Source of the DNA: a virus
Reading direction: 5' to 3' (one strand)
DNA: 64,000 bases
IMG/VR virus record: IMGVR_UViG_3300021178_000001
Coordinates: 32,001 to 96,000 of that record
Notes under the pieces: generated by a model
Database searches by the model: none
What the model was told of the DNA's origin: nothing
Seen by the model: only the letters and a program-made list of their open reading frames with translations
Made by a program: the position numbers and the translations under genes
Part shown: positions 46,373 to 56,185 of the stretch, piece by piece
How positions within the stretch are numbered: the stretch's first letter is position 1
Layout: every line of letters starts with the position of its first letter

Positions 46373-48399
46373 TTACTGGCGTCAAGGGAATTAACTTCCT
46401 GTCGTTCGAGCAACTCGACGTTACCTTTTCCAAGGGTGTCACTCTAGTCGACGGCTGGAACGAAGACGACCAAACTCCCGAAGGTTGTGGTAAGTCTGCA
46501 ATTCTGAACGCCATTTGTTGGGGGTTGTTCGGCAAGATTCCTAAAGACGCTAACATAGACGACGTGATCAAGAACGGCGAGAAGTCGTGTGCCGTAGAAG
46601 TACACTTTTCTGACGCCGTCGTTCGGAGGGCACGCAACCCCAACGAACTCGTATTAGTCGTGGAAGGCAAGTCCATAAAGGGCAAAGATGCCAAAGAGAC
46701 TCAACTCTTAATCGAAGAGTTCGTTGGACTGACTTTTGAGACGTTCTGCCAGACCGTGTACTTTGCGCAGAATTATACCAAGAAGTTCATCACCGCCAAT
46801 CAAGAGGAGAAGGGCAAGATCCTCTCCGAGGTCCAGAACCTCTCAGTGTTCGACAAAGCCGGTAAAGAAGTCAGAGAACTCATCAAACTCAACGAAAGCG
46901 ACTCGGTCAAACTCAAGCACTCCAAGGAGCTGGCTAGCAAGGACGAGGAACTGACTAAGCGGGACATTGCGGCGGAACACACGAAGCGTCAACACGCTCT
47001 GCAGCAACAGGAACAAAAAGTAAAGAGTTTAGAGACTCAAATTTTGTCGTTTGAAATACTTCACCGAAGCGAGTACGACAATCAGCTTAAGCGAGTAGAG
47101 AGTCTAAACAGTCAAATTCATGAAGCAGAAAAATTGATCGGAGACAACGAAGCGCTAAAGGCACAACACTTAGCGACAGTAGCTAATTTGGTCTACGACG
47201 AAGCGGGTGAAAGAAAGTGTCAAGAAGCCAACAACCAACTGATGTCGGAAGTGGGAGCCGTAAACGCGGAAATTGCAGGCATCGACAAACTAGTAACCGC
47301 TAGAACTGCCACAGAGACTCAGGGCAAAAGGTACGCCGCCAGGTACAAGCAGTTACTGATCGAGCGAGATAAGAACGTCGCTTTTATAGCCAACCCTTCC
47401 AAGAACTGCCCCACGTGTGGGTCGCGACTGGAAGCTTGCGACACTTCTCACGCCGAGACTGAGATTCGAAGGATCGACCAAGAGACATCCGAGATCGTGG
47501 CAACTCTCACCATAATGTCGAACGAGATAGACCTTCCGATTCCTACAAAAGACGAACTTAACGATAAGTTATCCGTCATCCGTCAGAAGAGAGCGGCCAA
47601 CGACGCTGAGATCCAGAAGATTAGATCCGTCAAAGATAAGTTGAACTCTACTGCAGTTCACCTCACGGGAATAGACCGCAACATTAAAAGTCACCGAGAG
47701 CGTGTTTCTAAACTGACAGCTTCGATCGAAGTTGAGAAACGCCCGTTAGTACTGGATCTAACAGAACTCGAAGCACTTAAAGTGCGCTTAGACTTGGAGA
47801 GTCAAGAATTAACGTTCGACCACTCAGTCCTCGACGCGTTAGTTGCTAAGCTCGAACTGGCGCAGTCGGACGCCATGAATTTAGAGAATCTACTGGTAGA
47901 GAAGAACAAGCACTTGGCTCGTCTAGAAAACCTAAAGATAGCTTTCAAAGAGATCAAGTCTCACGTCTTCAACTCGCTTTTGAACGAAGTCAACGCTAGA
48001 GTTCAGAAGTTCCTAGCTCATCTATTCGAGGTATCGGTTGTAGTGCGTTTCGTAAACGAAGACATGAAGATTGAGACCAAAGTAAAGTTTGACGGAGTAG
48101 AGCGTGGACTCGGCCTGTTAAGCGGAGGTCAGTTTCGAAGAGTTAGTCTTGCGGTGGATCTAGCGCTGTCTGACACAATCATAGCGCGCAAAGGTGTCAG
48201 ACTTGGTATAACAATTTGGGATGAATATATGAAAGACCTCAGTGAAACTAGTATGGAGAAAGTACTCCAATTATTTGAAGCTAGGAACCAACCTACTATT
48301 CTGATCGAACATAACTCTATTTTCAAAAATATTGTAAATAACTCAGTTTTTGTAAAGCTGGAGAACGGAACGTCTCGTGTCGAAGTTCAGAATAATTGA
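46369..48399 (+). CDS. SbcC/Rad50-like ATPase (gp46-like)
   Basis: NFLSF, GCGKS, CPTC hook, LSGGQ, WDE, IEH. Confidence 0.9.
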   Translation: MITGVKGINFLSFEQLDVTFSKGVTLVDGWNEDDQTPEGCGKSAILNAICWGLFGKIPKDANIDDVIKNGEKSCAVEVHFSDAVVRRARNPNELVLVVEGKSIKGKDAKETQLLIEEFVGLTFETFCQTVYFAQNYTKKFITANQEEKGKILSEVQNLSVFDKAGKEVRELIKLNESDSVKLKHSKELASKDEELTKRDIAAEHTKRQHALQQQEQKVKSLETQILSFEILHRSEYDNQLKRVESLNSQIHEAEKLIGDNEALKAQHLATVANLVYDEAGERKCQEANNQLMSEVGAVNAEIAGIDKLVTARTATETQGKRYAARYKQLLIERDKNVAFIANPSKNCPTCGSRLEACDTSHAETEIRRIDQETSEIVATLTIMSNEIDLPIPTKDELNDKLSVIRQKRAANDAEIQKIRSVKDKLNSTAVHLTGIDRNIKSHRERVSKLTASIEVEKRPLVLDLTELEALKVRLDLESQELTFDHSVLDALVAKLELAQSDAMNLENLLVEKNKHLARLENLKIAFKEIKSHVFNSLLNEVNARVQKFLAHLFEVSVVVRFVNEDMKIETKVKFDGVERGLGLLSGGQFRRVSLAVDLALSDTIIARKGVRLGITIWDEYMKDLSETSMEKVLQLFEARNQPTILIEHNSIFKNIVNNSVFVKLENGTSRVEVQNN

Positions 48400-48808
48400 T
48401 GGGTCAAATGTTTCCAGCATTGCGGGTCAAAGCAGAGAAATCCAGTTGCTAGAGATGAAGGCCGATAAGCGCGACCTGACCGATCAAGAGATCGTAGTGT
48501 TAGCTCACCACTTCGTGCGCCTGGGACAACCTATTTTAGCTCAAAAACACTTGAACCGGCTGAGTTCTGGATACTTCGACATAATGGTGTACAAAGACTT
48601 GTTCAAAGCGCTGCTAGCGTGGTCGTTCATTCAGACCGTGAAGATACCAGAGATGGGCCAAATCCACACCCACTACGAGTACTACCTGATAGTTAAGCAA
48701 GGACTCGAGAATTTTGAGGACCTCTCTTTTACTGAAAAACCGGCATTTTATAGGTTTCGACACGAGTTCTATAAAATAGGCGAGACTTTACTAGAATCTA
48801 AGTCTTAG
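48377..48808 (+). CDS. hypothetical protein
   Basis: 143-aa ORF in the operon. Confidence 0.55.
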   Translation: MSKFRIIDGSNVSSIAGQSREIQLLEMKADKRDLTDQEIVVLAHHFVRLGQPILAQKHLNRLSSGYFDIMVYKDLFKALLAWSFIQTVKIPEMGQIHTHYEYYLIVKQGLENFEDLSFTEKPAFYRFRHEFYKIGETLLESKS

Positions 48809-48821
48809 ATATAATTGCGGG

Positions 48822-49133
48822 ATGTCCTTGAGGATCTACCGCAATAAGACGACTGGTGAAGAGAAGCGAAGTCTAAAGAAACTCGGCGACGAGTGGGAAG
48901 AGACAATCGTAGCTCCCAACCAAAAGTTCATGGTCACCGCCAACAAGGGGACTGGGACTTCTAAGCTCAAGGACTCTGAGAAAGCTCTCAGAGCTAGGTC
49001 GCGCAACCAAGCCCGCGAAGTAGACATCGACCACGACATTCAGTTCAACAGAGCTAACGGGCTGAACGCGCAAGTTGCAAACAACTTACTCAATTCCAAG
49101 GGTGAGAGGCGGAAGAAAGTGGACGATCTCTAA
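48822..49133 (+). CDS. basic hypothetical protein
   Basis: Preceded by TTTACT-N17-TATAAT-N6-ATG. Confidence 0.6.
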   Translation: MSLRIYRNKTTGEEKRSLKKLGDEWEETIVAPNQKFMVTANKGTGTSKLKDSEKALRARSRNQAREVDIDHDIQFNRANGLNAQVANNLLNSKGERRKKVDDL

Positions 49134-49747
49134 TGCAACAAAGAGTGCTGCAATTCTTTACTTCAGACTGGCATATAGGACACGAGAACGTTTTGAAGTT
49201 TGACAATCGTCCTTTCGCAGATCTGAAAGACATGCATAAAGTTTTAATAAATAATTTCAATTCCACTGTACCGAAAGGTTCAATAACATATTTTGGGGGT
49301 GACATGGGTTTATGCTCCAATGGTCTCCTAAAGTCTGTAGTTGAACAACTCAATGGGACAAAAGTTTTGATTTTAGGTAATCACGACGGCGGAGTCAACT
49401 CAATGATCTCTGCGGGATTCGACGTCGTTCTATATGGGGCAGTATTTTATATTGCTGGACAACGTGTCACGATGTCCCATTGTCCTTTAAAGGGAGTCTG
49501 GCGCGAGAACGTAGAAGGAATGAAGGGTGCTAGTTCCGGCGAGAACTGGCACGGAGAGAGGAAACAGCATCGATTTACTTTTTCAGATGAGGGACAGTTT
49601 CAGTTGCATGGCCATATTCATTCACCTAATGGCGGCAAGTCTCAGAAGATCTTAGGAAAGCAATACGACATCGGTGTCGTAGCTAATAATTTTCGACCCG
49701 TAAGTATTTCTGTAATCGAAAGTTGGATCGCAAAGTATGGACGCTAA
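49133..49747 (+). CDS. calcineurin-like metallophosphoesterase
   Basis: TSDWH.GH, GD, GNHD, SH.P, HGHIH. Confidence 0.9.
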   Translation: MQQRVLQFFTSDWHIGHENVLKFDNRPFADLKDMHKVLINNFNSTVPKGSITYFGGDMGLCSNGLLKSVVEQLNGTKVLILGNHDGGVNSMISAGFDVVLYGAVFYIAGQRVTMSHCPLKGVWRENVEGMKGASSGENWHGERKQHRFTFSDEGQFQLHGHIHSPNGGKSQKILGKQYDIGVVANNFRPVSISVIESWIAKYGR

Positions 49748-50348
49748 AACTCTTCTTTCTCTCGATATATCAACTAGTTGCACTGGGTGGTCGCTATTTA
49801 ATCTTGAAAGAGAACTACTGGTTTCTGGACTCATAAAACCTTCTACAAAAGGACAAGTCGTGAAGATGACTTATCCTAGGCAGCAACTCACGAAGATGCG
49901 AGACATCTCGACGCAAATCCTAAACGTGATCTTAGAATATAATCCGAGCATTATAGTGATCGAAGAGATTACGGGTTCTAAAAATCGGATGGGGCAAAAG
50001 ACTTTAGATGGATGCCATTTTTTAGTAGTTGACAAGATAGAGGCTTTTTTAGATCGAGTCTACTATTACGACGTGTCAGGAAATCAGGGTTGGCGCTACC
50101 ATCTCCAACTCAGACTGTCAGACGCCGACAAGTTAGCCAACAAAGAAGCCAAAAAACTGAACAAGAAATTGGCTGCGTCACAGCGGATGCCTGTAGTGAC
50201 TCCGAAGCACCTAGCCTGCAGACACGCCAATGCTAGGTTCAACCTGGCGTTAGACTGTAACCTGAGAGAGACAGACGGCGACCTAGCTGACTCAATGTGC
50301 ATGGCAGACGCTTTCTTAACTTTTCGCTTTGCAGAGATTCCAAAGTAA
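49737..50348 (+). CDS. RuvC-like Holliday junction resolvase
   Basis: SLDISTSCTGW, IVIEE, D.AD. Confidence 0.8.
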   Translation: MDAKTLLSLDISTSCTGWSLFNLERELLVSGLIKPSTKGQVVKMTYPRQQLTKMRDISTQILNVILEYNPSIIVIEEITGSKNRMGQKTLDGCHFLVVDKIEAFLDRVYYYDVSGNQGWRYHLQLRLSDADKLANKEAKKLNKKLAASQRMPVVTPKHLACRHANARFNLALDCNLRETDGDLADSMCMADAFLTFRFAEIPK

Positions 50349-50362
50349 GGTATAGTTTATAT

Positions 50363-50857
50363 ATGGACGAAGAACGAGGCAAGTTTCAATTCGCTGGTTT
50401 AAAGTTTATTTACGACCTGGAGTTGGTGGATGACCCTGTCCTGATCAACAACTTGAAGATGAACATCTTAGATGTCTCAACCTGGATACAGGACGTAGAG
50501 CTTCTTTCTTCCTACAACCACCGGTGCATGCTCGTATACGTTAAGATGGGATGGATCGGTCGTAAGTTTTTTCACAAGACTATAGAAGACGGGGTTCTAG
50601 ACCGAGTAAAGCAACTGTTACCTAGATTCAAGTTTAGGGTGGTTACCGATCGTAAGATAATGGACTTAGCTCTAGAAAAAGTTAAATACGCTCTAGGAGG
50701 AACTACAAATGAGAACACTGTTGACAATGGTGTCCGCGCTTCTGATTCCAAGTCAGATACAGGCACACGAGGAAACGTTGATTCCGGTGTCAGTTCAACT
50801 GAGTCAAAACTGCAAAAAGAACCCAACGTACTGCAAGATCATAAAGTTAAAACCTGA
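50363..50857 (+). CDS. hypothetical protein
   Basis: ATG 6 nt after TATAGT; C-terminal part overlaps the next gene. Confidence 0.55.
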   Translation: MDEERGKFQFAGLKFIYDLELVDDPVLINNLKMNILDVSTWIQDVELLSSYNHRCMLVYVKMGWIGRKFFHKTIEDGVLDRVKQLLPRFKFRVVTDRKIMDLALEKVKYALGGTTNENTVDNGVRASDSKSDTGTRGNVDSGVSSTESKLQKEPNVLQDHKVKT

Positions 50858-51308
50858 GATCGATAAAGTATTCGCCCTCAATTTATCAGGTTACTTGGCG
50901 CACTACTGCAAAAAGTTTGGCTTGGATCCTACCGTATCGGTGGCTATAGCCATGCAAGAGTCTAGTTTAGAGAATAAAAACCGTGCGGGTTACATTCTCA
51001 AAGACGGCGAGCTTGTTTTTGGCACCACCGATGTGGGAGTGTTCCAGATTCATATTCATACCTTGGCAAACCTCAAGGCCGAAGGTCAAGACATTGATGT
51101 CGTGCGTTTAAACACAGACGTAGAGTATCAGACGTACTGGCACGCTAAGATTCTAAAGAGTAAGATTCAAACATGCAAGTCCAAGCGAGTGAAACTCAAT
51201 GTCACCAAGGGAAGCGAGTGGTCCTGTTACCATAGCTTTACTTTGGCAGAGCGGAAGATCTATCTGAACGACGTTGGGCTTCACTTGAGTCGGATAACTT
51301 CAAAATAA
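50709..51308 (+). CDS. lytic transglycosylase (SLT/lysozyme-like) with signal peptide
   Basis: AIAMQESSL, DVGVFQI, YHS; GGAGG RBS; hydrophobic leader ending IQA. Confidence 0.75.
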   Translation: MRTLLTMVSALLIPSQIQAHEETLIPVSVQLSQNCKKNPTYCKIIKLKPEIDKVFALNLSGYLAHYCKKFGLDPTVSVAIAMQESSLENKNRAGYILKDGELVFGTTDVGVFQIHIHTLANLKAEGQDIDVVRLNTDVEYQTYWHAKILKSKIQTCKSKRVKLNVTKGSEWSCYHSFTLAERKIYLNDVGLHLSRITSK

Positions 51309-51365
51309 CTCAACTTTGTATACCAGCGTACTTACATTCTGATAGAACCATAGTAGGAGTACACT

Positions 51366-51977
51366 ATGGAAGATCGGGACAAGGATAAGTTCCACAAGAT
51401 AGTACCGTCGCAAGGGACTGGACAAACTCACAGAGCCGTGTCTCTAGATGTCTTAAAAAGTTCTTTTATTGCTGACGGACTGTCTGCACAAGACATCTCG
51501 GACCGTTATTTTTTGTCGTTGGGTCAAGTTGAGAAGATTATAGAAGACCACAAACTACCAGAGCTCAGACGCGAGTACATCCGCAACGGTTTGTCTAAGA
51601 TTCAAGACCAACAAGTCAACCAAGCCCAGCGAATGCTAGACGTTGAACTTAACTTTAAGCGCATGCGCCTGATTCAGCTTGAAAAAGAGATCGAAGACTA
51701 TATGGCCTACTACAGTAGGCACGGTGACTTCTACAAGCGTCATCCGACAACTGGAGAGATACTAAAAGACACAGACGGTATTTCTATGCAACTGCATATT
51801 CCAAACGTGTCGCGTGAGATCAAGGACTTGAAAGAGAGTGTCACGCTGTCAGACGGACTCAAGAAATTGTTGAGCAACTTGGACGAGATCATAAACGGAA
51901 AACCAAAGGGCGAAGCCGTGGGCGACAACGTAATCGACATGGACGAAATAGACGGTTTATTTAAGAAGAGAATATAG
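51366..51977 (+). CDS. probable terminase small subunit
   Basis: N-terminal HTH-like segment, coiled coil, coupled to terL. Confidence 0.6.
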   Translation: MEDRDKDKFHKIVPSQGTGQTHRAVSLDVLKSSFIADGLSAQDISDRYFLSLGQVEKIIEDHKLPELRREYIRNGLSKIQDQQVNQAQRMLDVELNFKRMRLIQLEKEIEDYMAYYSRHGDFYKRHPTTGEILKDTDGISMQLHIPNVSREIKDLKESVTLSDGLKKLLSNLDEIINGKPKGEAVGDNVIDMDEIDGLFKKRI

Positions 51978-53812
51978 TGGACATAGAAAAACTAAGCGCG
52001 AAACAATTCGCTGCTTTATTTAGCAAAATCCTAGAGCGTATAAAAGAAGATCCGATCGAAAATTTCGTTCGCGCGTCTGGTTTTATGGCTTTGGAGCCGT
52101 CTCCTGCACAAGAAACGATCCTCAAGGTCGTGTTCCAGAAGAAACTCGATCCAGACACTAAGAAGACAGTCCAAATTGAAGCCGAGACTCTAGAAGGCAA
52201 GTTTACTATTATCCACGCTTCCATGACGGAAGTAGAAATATACGAGTATCTCACGGACAAGAAATATGATTCCAGCAAGATCGAGAGCATCAAAGTCAAC
52301 AAGATCAATTTGATTTGTGGACGACGTTCAGGCAAGACTTTGTTGTCCGCGGTCATTTCTATTTATTGCGCGATCTCTAGTAACTGGCGTCCGTTCTTAC
52401 AGAAGACTCCTTTTGCCACAGTTCTTATCATGTCTCACTCCCGTGAGTTCTCTGACGAGGTTTTAGAGGTAATCAAGGGTTTAATAGAAAACTCACCCGT
52501 ACTGTCACGCCTCATCAATCACGAAGCCAAACAAACGGCGTCAGCTATGAACCTCAGAGTACCGTGGGTCGTAAATGGTCTAATAGAGTATTCTAGAGTT
52601 CAGATCAAAGTGGGAGCTGCTTCAAGCAAGACTACTCGAGGAATTGCGGCGTGTGCCATCCTTTGCGACGAAATCGGGTACTGGGGCATCAGCGAGAACA
52701 TGGTTGAGACAGACGTCAAGATCATGAAAGCCGTTCGACCCGCCATGAAGCAGTTCGGTAACTTAGCCATGTTGATCAAGTTGTCGTCTCCGGGAATCAA
52801 GCAAGGCATCTTGTACAACGAGTACCAAATGGACCGTGCCGGCACGTTGCCGGACACTTACGCGGTGTTTAAAGCTCCCAGTTGGATGATGAACACTATT
52901 TTGCCCAAAGAAGAGTTCATAGAAGAGTGGGTGTACGACCAAGACGGCTTCGACACTGAGTACCGGTCCAACTTCGCCGATTCTTTGTCTAACTTTATTT
53001 CAAGCGAGTTACTCGACTTAGCCATGCAAAAAGGGGTAACATTCACTACTCCTTTAGAAACTAAAGAAGCCAAGTACTACGCCGCCATAGACGCCGCGTT
53101 CAAAGCAGACCGCTTCACGTTCACTCTAGTTTCTTCGAGAGAGAATCGAGTCACTCAGCACGTTATCATGGGATGGGAAGGAACTAAGAAAGACCCCGTC
53201 AAAGCTCACACCGTGGCTCAGTACATCAAAAACATACTGAAGAACTTCCCAGTAGACCACGTAGCTGCAGATCAGTACGCTTTTCAACCTTTAAAAGAGA
53301 TCTTCGACCAGTACGGAGTTGAGCTCAAAGAGTACACGTTTACTCCCACATTTAAGAAGAAAATTTACTTCAACTTGAAGAAACTCGTGCACTCGCAGCA
53401 AGTCGACCTACTCGATCATGAAGACCAGTTAAAAGAGATGAAAGCTCTCGTGGTTGAACAGTCCACCATGGGAACTATTAAGATTGGACACCCACCCGGA
53501 GGCCACGACGACTACGCCGACGCAGTTGCAGTCGCCACGTTCTTGGCGACCGAGGGACAAACTATCGGAGCTTTCGAATTTGAAGCCGTGTCCATGGTAA
53601 AGACTCACGGAATCAAGACCGACATCCACGGTACAGCTTTTACGGCGCCTAGTCCAGAAATGCTAGTTGCGACTGGACACCTAGGTAGTCACATAATGGA
53701 TAACTCAGAGCTCTACGGAATTGACCCCTCGGACGGCAGGTTGAAGCGGAGAGACGACTTCGACGACGCAGACGACGAGGACGAAGACGGAGCTTTCATC
53801 GACTTTGGGTGA
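51977..53812 (+). CDS. terL: terminase large subunit
   Basis: GRRSGKT Walker A, ILCDE Walker B, SSP, AIDAA, HDDYADA. Confidence 0.9.
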   Translation: MDIEKLSAKQFAALFSKILERIKEDPIENFVRASGFMALEPSPAQETILKVVFQKKLDPDTKKTVQIEAETLEGKFTIIHASMTEVEIYEYLTDKKYDSSKIESIKVNKINLICGRRSGKTLLSAVISIYCAISSNWRPFLQKTPFATVLIMSHSREFSDEVLEVIKGLIENSPVLSRLINHEAKQTASAMNLRVPWVVNGLIEYSRVQIKVGAASSKTTRGIAACAILCDEIGYWGISENMVETDVKIMKAVRPAMKQFGNLAMLIKLSSPGIKQGILYNEYQMDRAGTLPDTYAVFKAPSWMMNTILPKEEFIEEWVYDQDGFDTEYRSNFADSLSNFISSELLDLAMQKGVTFTTPLETKEAKYYAAIDAAFKADRFTFTLVSSRENRVTQHVIMGWEGTKKDPVKAHTVAQYIKNILKNFPVDHVAADQYAFQPLKEIFDQYGVELKEYTFTPTFKKKIYFNLKKLVHSQQVDLLDHEDQLKEMKALVVEQSTMGTIKIGHPPGGHDDYADAVAVATFLATEGQTIGAFEFEAVSMVKTHGIKTDIHGTAFTAPSPEMLVATGHLGSHIMDNSELYGIDPSDGRLKRRDDFDDADDEDEDGAFIDFG

Positions 53813-53845
53813 GTTAACTTGGTATAATTGACAGTAGTCTACTCA

Positions 53846-53878
53846 TTTCAAAGACTTAGCTAGTATAAGTCTTTGAAA
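53846..53878 (+). promoter_or_regulatory. perfect 13-bp hairpin in the portal leader, downstream of TGGTATAAT
   Basis: TTTCAAAGACTTA-gctagta-TAAGTCTTTGAAA; -10 box at 53823-53828. Confidence 0.6.
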
Positions 53879-53901
53879 CTATTGAGATTTTGAGGGTAAG
53901 C

Positions 53902-55941
53902 ATGCCTGATAACAAAGATCTAAAACCGTCTATCTTCAGCAAGATGCTCGAAGCTGGCACTGCTTTACTGGACGCACAGATAGTCAAAGCCAAGTCAACC
54001 GTCATGAATCAGACCGTAGAAGACGACTTCTTTTACGCTAAAGCTGTGACCGAAGACCCAAGCTACGTAGTCACTTCTTCTGGGTGGAAAGAGAAGCCAG
54101 GCAGACTAATGGACGGCCATTTGCGCCAAATGAGCATCCAGAACTCCGTGGTTGCGGCCATTATTCAGACCAGACAAAATGAAGTCGCCAACCACTCCAA
54201 GTTAGTTAAGTCAGAAAAAGAGTGCGGTTGGAGGATGTGCCTACGAGACGAAGAAGCTCTCTTAGAAAAGATCAAGGAAGAGATTTTAGCCGAAATGGAA
54301 GCCAGCGGGCAACTTCCTCCCGGAGCCGAACCTCCACAAGACTCAGGTGAATCTCCCGACTCCGAAGGACTGCTCAACGAAGACATTGGAGAACCAGTAG
54401 AAAAAGCTGATCCCGAAGTAGACGCTTCAGTGGACGCCGGAGAAGAGTCTCAGACTGCTCACCCCGATGCCAGTTCAAAGTCTGACGACGAAGTGGAAGC
54501 GTACAACTTCGAACTTGAGCGCAAAGCTAAAGAGCGCTTGGAGACGAAGTTCAAGGACGCCAGGAAAAAAGCTCAAGACTATCTATTGAACTGCGGTCTC
54601 GTAGAGAACCGTCCGTTCGAAACTAAAAAGTGGAACTTTGACTCGGCGCTCAGAGCTTTAGTGCGAGATTCTTTAACTTACGATCGGTACACTACAGAAA
54701 CTGTTCCAGATAGAGCAAAGCGACCGCACCACTGGTTTCCCGTAGACGCAGCCACGATCAAGTACGCCGGACCCAACTTAAAGACTTACAAACAGATCGC
54801 CGACAACTTCATCAACTTGGACATTCTTTACCCAGAGAACCAAGCTATGGCGATGGAGAAACAGAAAGTTCTCGAACTAGACGAGAGCTTGATGGCTAAG
54901 AACGCCTACAAGTACGTTCAAATCATTCGAGGCAAGATTGAGCGCGCTTACACTGAAGACGAGCTCAAGATGGGGATTCGCAACATTACTACGGACATCT
55001 ACGCCAACAGCTACGGAGTGTCAGAGTTAGAACTGGCCGTATCTCTCGTTACTGGTCACCTCAACGCCGAGTTCTACAACCAAGCTTATTTCACTCAGGG
55101 ATTCTCAGCTAAAGGAATTCTCCACATCAAGGCGGCCATCAACCGTCGTAAACTAGAGACCGTGCGGCAACAGTGGCAGCACATGCTCAAGGGCGCGAGA
55201 AACTCCTTCCAGACCCCCATCTTCGCCGGCATGGAAGACGTGGCTTGGATTCCGCTGACTCAGAACCACAACGACATCGGTTTTGAGGGATGGATGCGGT
55301 ACCTCATCAAGATGCTGTGCGCGATCTATCAAATTGACCCCTACGAGATCGGAATCGGCTTCAAAGACGAGGGCACCGGCGGCGGAGGGATGTCCGGTGA
55401 CAACACTAAAGAAAAACTAGAGCACTCCAAGAACAAGGGCTTGTACCCGCTGTTGAGACACGTCGAGAGCTTCGTAAACGAGAATATTCTAAAACCATTC
55501 GACGCTCGGTTCATAATGGAGTTCACCGGCATAACTGCCGAGTCTAGAGAAGAGTCTGTCAAGCGTCAAGACCTAGAACGCAAGTTCAAGAAGACGCTCA
55601 ACGAGATTCGCGACGAGGACGGACTTCCTCCGTTGCCGGGCGGCGACGAGATCATCCTTGGCCCCGAGTTCATGACTTGGTACTCTAAGTTTAGTCCCAA
55701 AGCTTTGGAACAGCAGCAACAGCAACTCGACGCGCAGAATCAATCCGCTGGCGGAGACACCGGACAAGATCCATTTGGAATGGATGCCATGCCAGAAGAC
55801 TCTTTGATGAGCGGAGACAACTTAGAGTCGAACGCCATCAGTCCTGAACCGGCGGACAAACCTGGGCAACCTCCAGTCAAGAAGTCTAGACCAATCGGGT
55901 CTAAACGAGTCAAGATCGAGTACTACACTCTCAGGAAATAA
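53902..55941 (+). CDS. portal protein
   Basis: VRDSLTYD, PVDA.TI, YG.SELE, YF.QG...KGIL, AIYQIDP.EIG, T.NE.R...GLPP..GGD. Confidence 0.9.
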   Translation: MPDNKDLKPSIFSKMLEAGTALLDAQIVKAKSTVMNQTVEDDFFYAKAVTEDPSYVVTSSGWKEKPGRLMDGHLRQMSIQNSVVAAIIQTRQNEVANHSKLVKSEKECGWRMCLRDEEALLEKIKEEILAEMEASGQLPPGAEPPQDSGESPDSEGLLNEDIGEPVEKADPEVDASVDAGEESQTAHPDASSKSDDEVEAYNFELERKAKERLETKFKDARKKAQDYLLNCGLVENRPFETKKWNFDSALRALVRDSLTYDRYTTETVPDRAKRPHHWFPVDAATIKYAGPNLKTYKQIADNFINLDILYPENQAMAMEKQKVLELDESLMAKNAYKYVQIIRGKIERAYTEDELKMGIRNITTDIYANSYGVSELELAVSLVTGHLNAEFYNQAYFTQGFSAKGILHIKAAINRRKLETVRQQWQHMLKGARNSFQTPIFAGMEDVAWIPLTQNHNDIGFEGWMRYLIKMLCAIYQIDPYEIGIGFKDEGTGGGGMSGDNTKEKLEHSKNKGLYPLLRHVESFVNENILKPFDARFIMEFTGITAESREESVKRQDLERKFKKTLNEIRDEDGLPPLPGGDEIILGPEFMTWYSKFSPKALEQQQQQLDAQNQSAGGDTGQDPFGMDAMPEDSLMSGDNLESNAISPEPADKPGQPPVKKSRPIGSKRVKIEYYTLRK

Positions 55942-55942
55942 T

Positions 55943-56185
55943 ATGGCTAAGGTAAAAATTTTACTAGAGCCTGGCGAGTCTCAACTAGACGCCGACCACG
56001 CTTTGCAGAAAGCGTTGGAACACCATTCCCAAGGAAGCGCCCACGACGACGAGTCGTTCGACGATCCCGCCATGGTAGACTTGGCTCAACGTTTAGAGAG
56101 CGATCACTCCAAGATGTACATCGAGATGATGCGCGAGATTCTCGACGTATTAGACGAGGAGTACTCATCAGATGGTAACCTCTAG
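55943..56185 (+). CDS. acidic hypothetical protein
   Basis: AGGA RBS; follows the portal gene. Confidence 0.6.
   Translation: MAKVKILLEPGESQLDADHALQKALEHHSQGSAHDDESFDDPAMVDLAQRLESDHSKMYIEMMREILDVLDEEYSSDGNL

Noticed and set aside
30039-53812. Inteins or group I introns in RNR, PolA, helicase or TerL
   Set aside because: The ORFs are continuous and of normal length, with no intein termini recognised.
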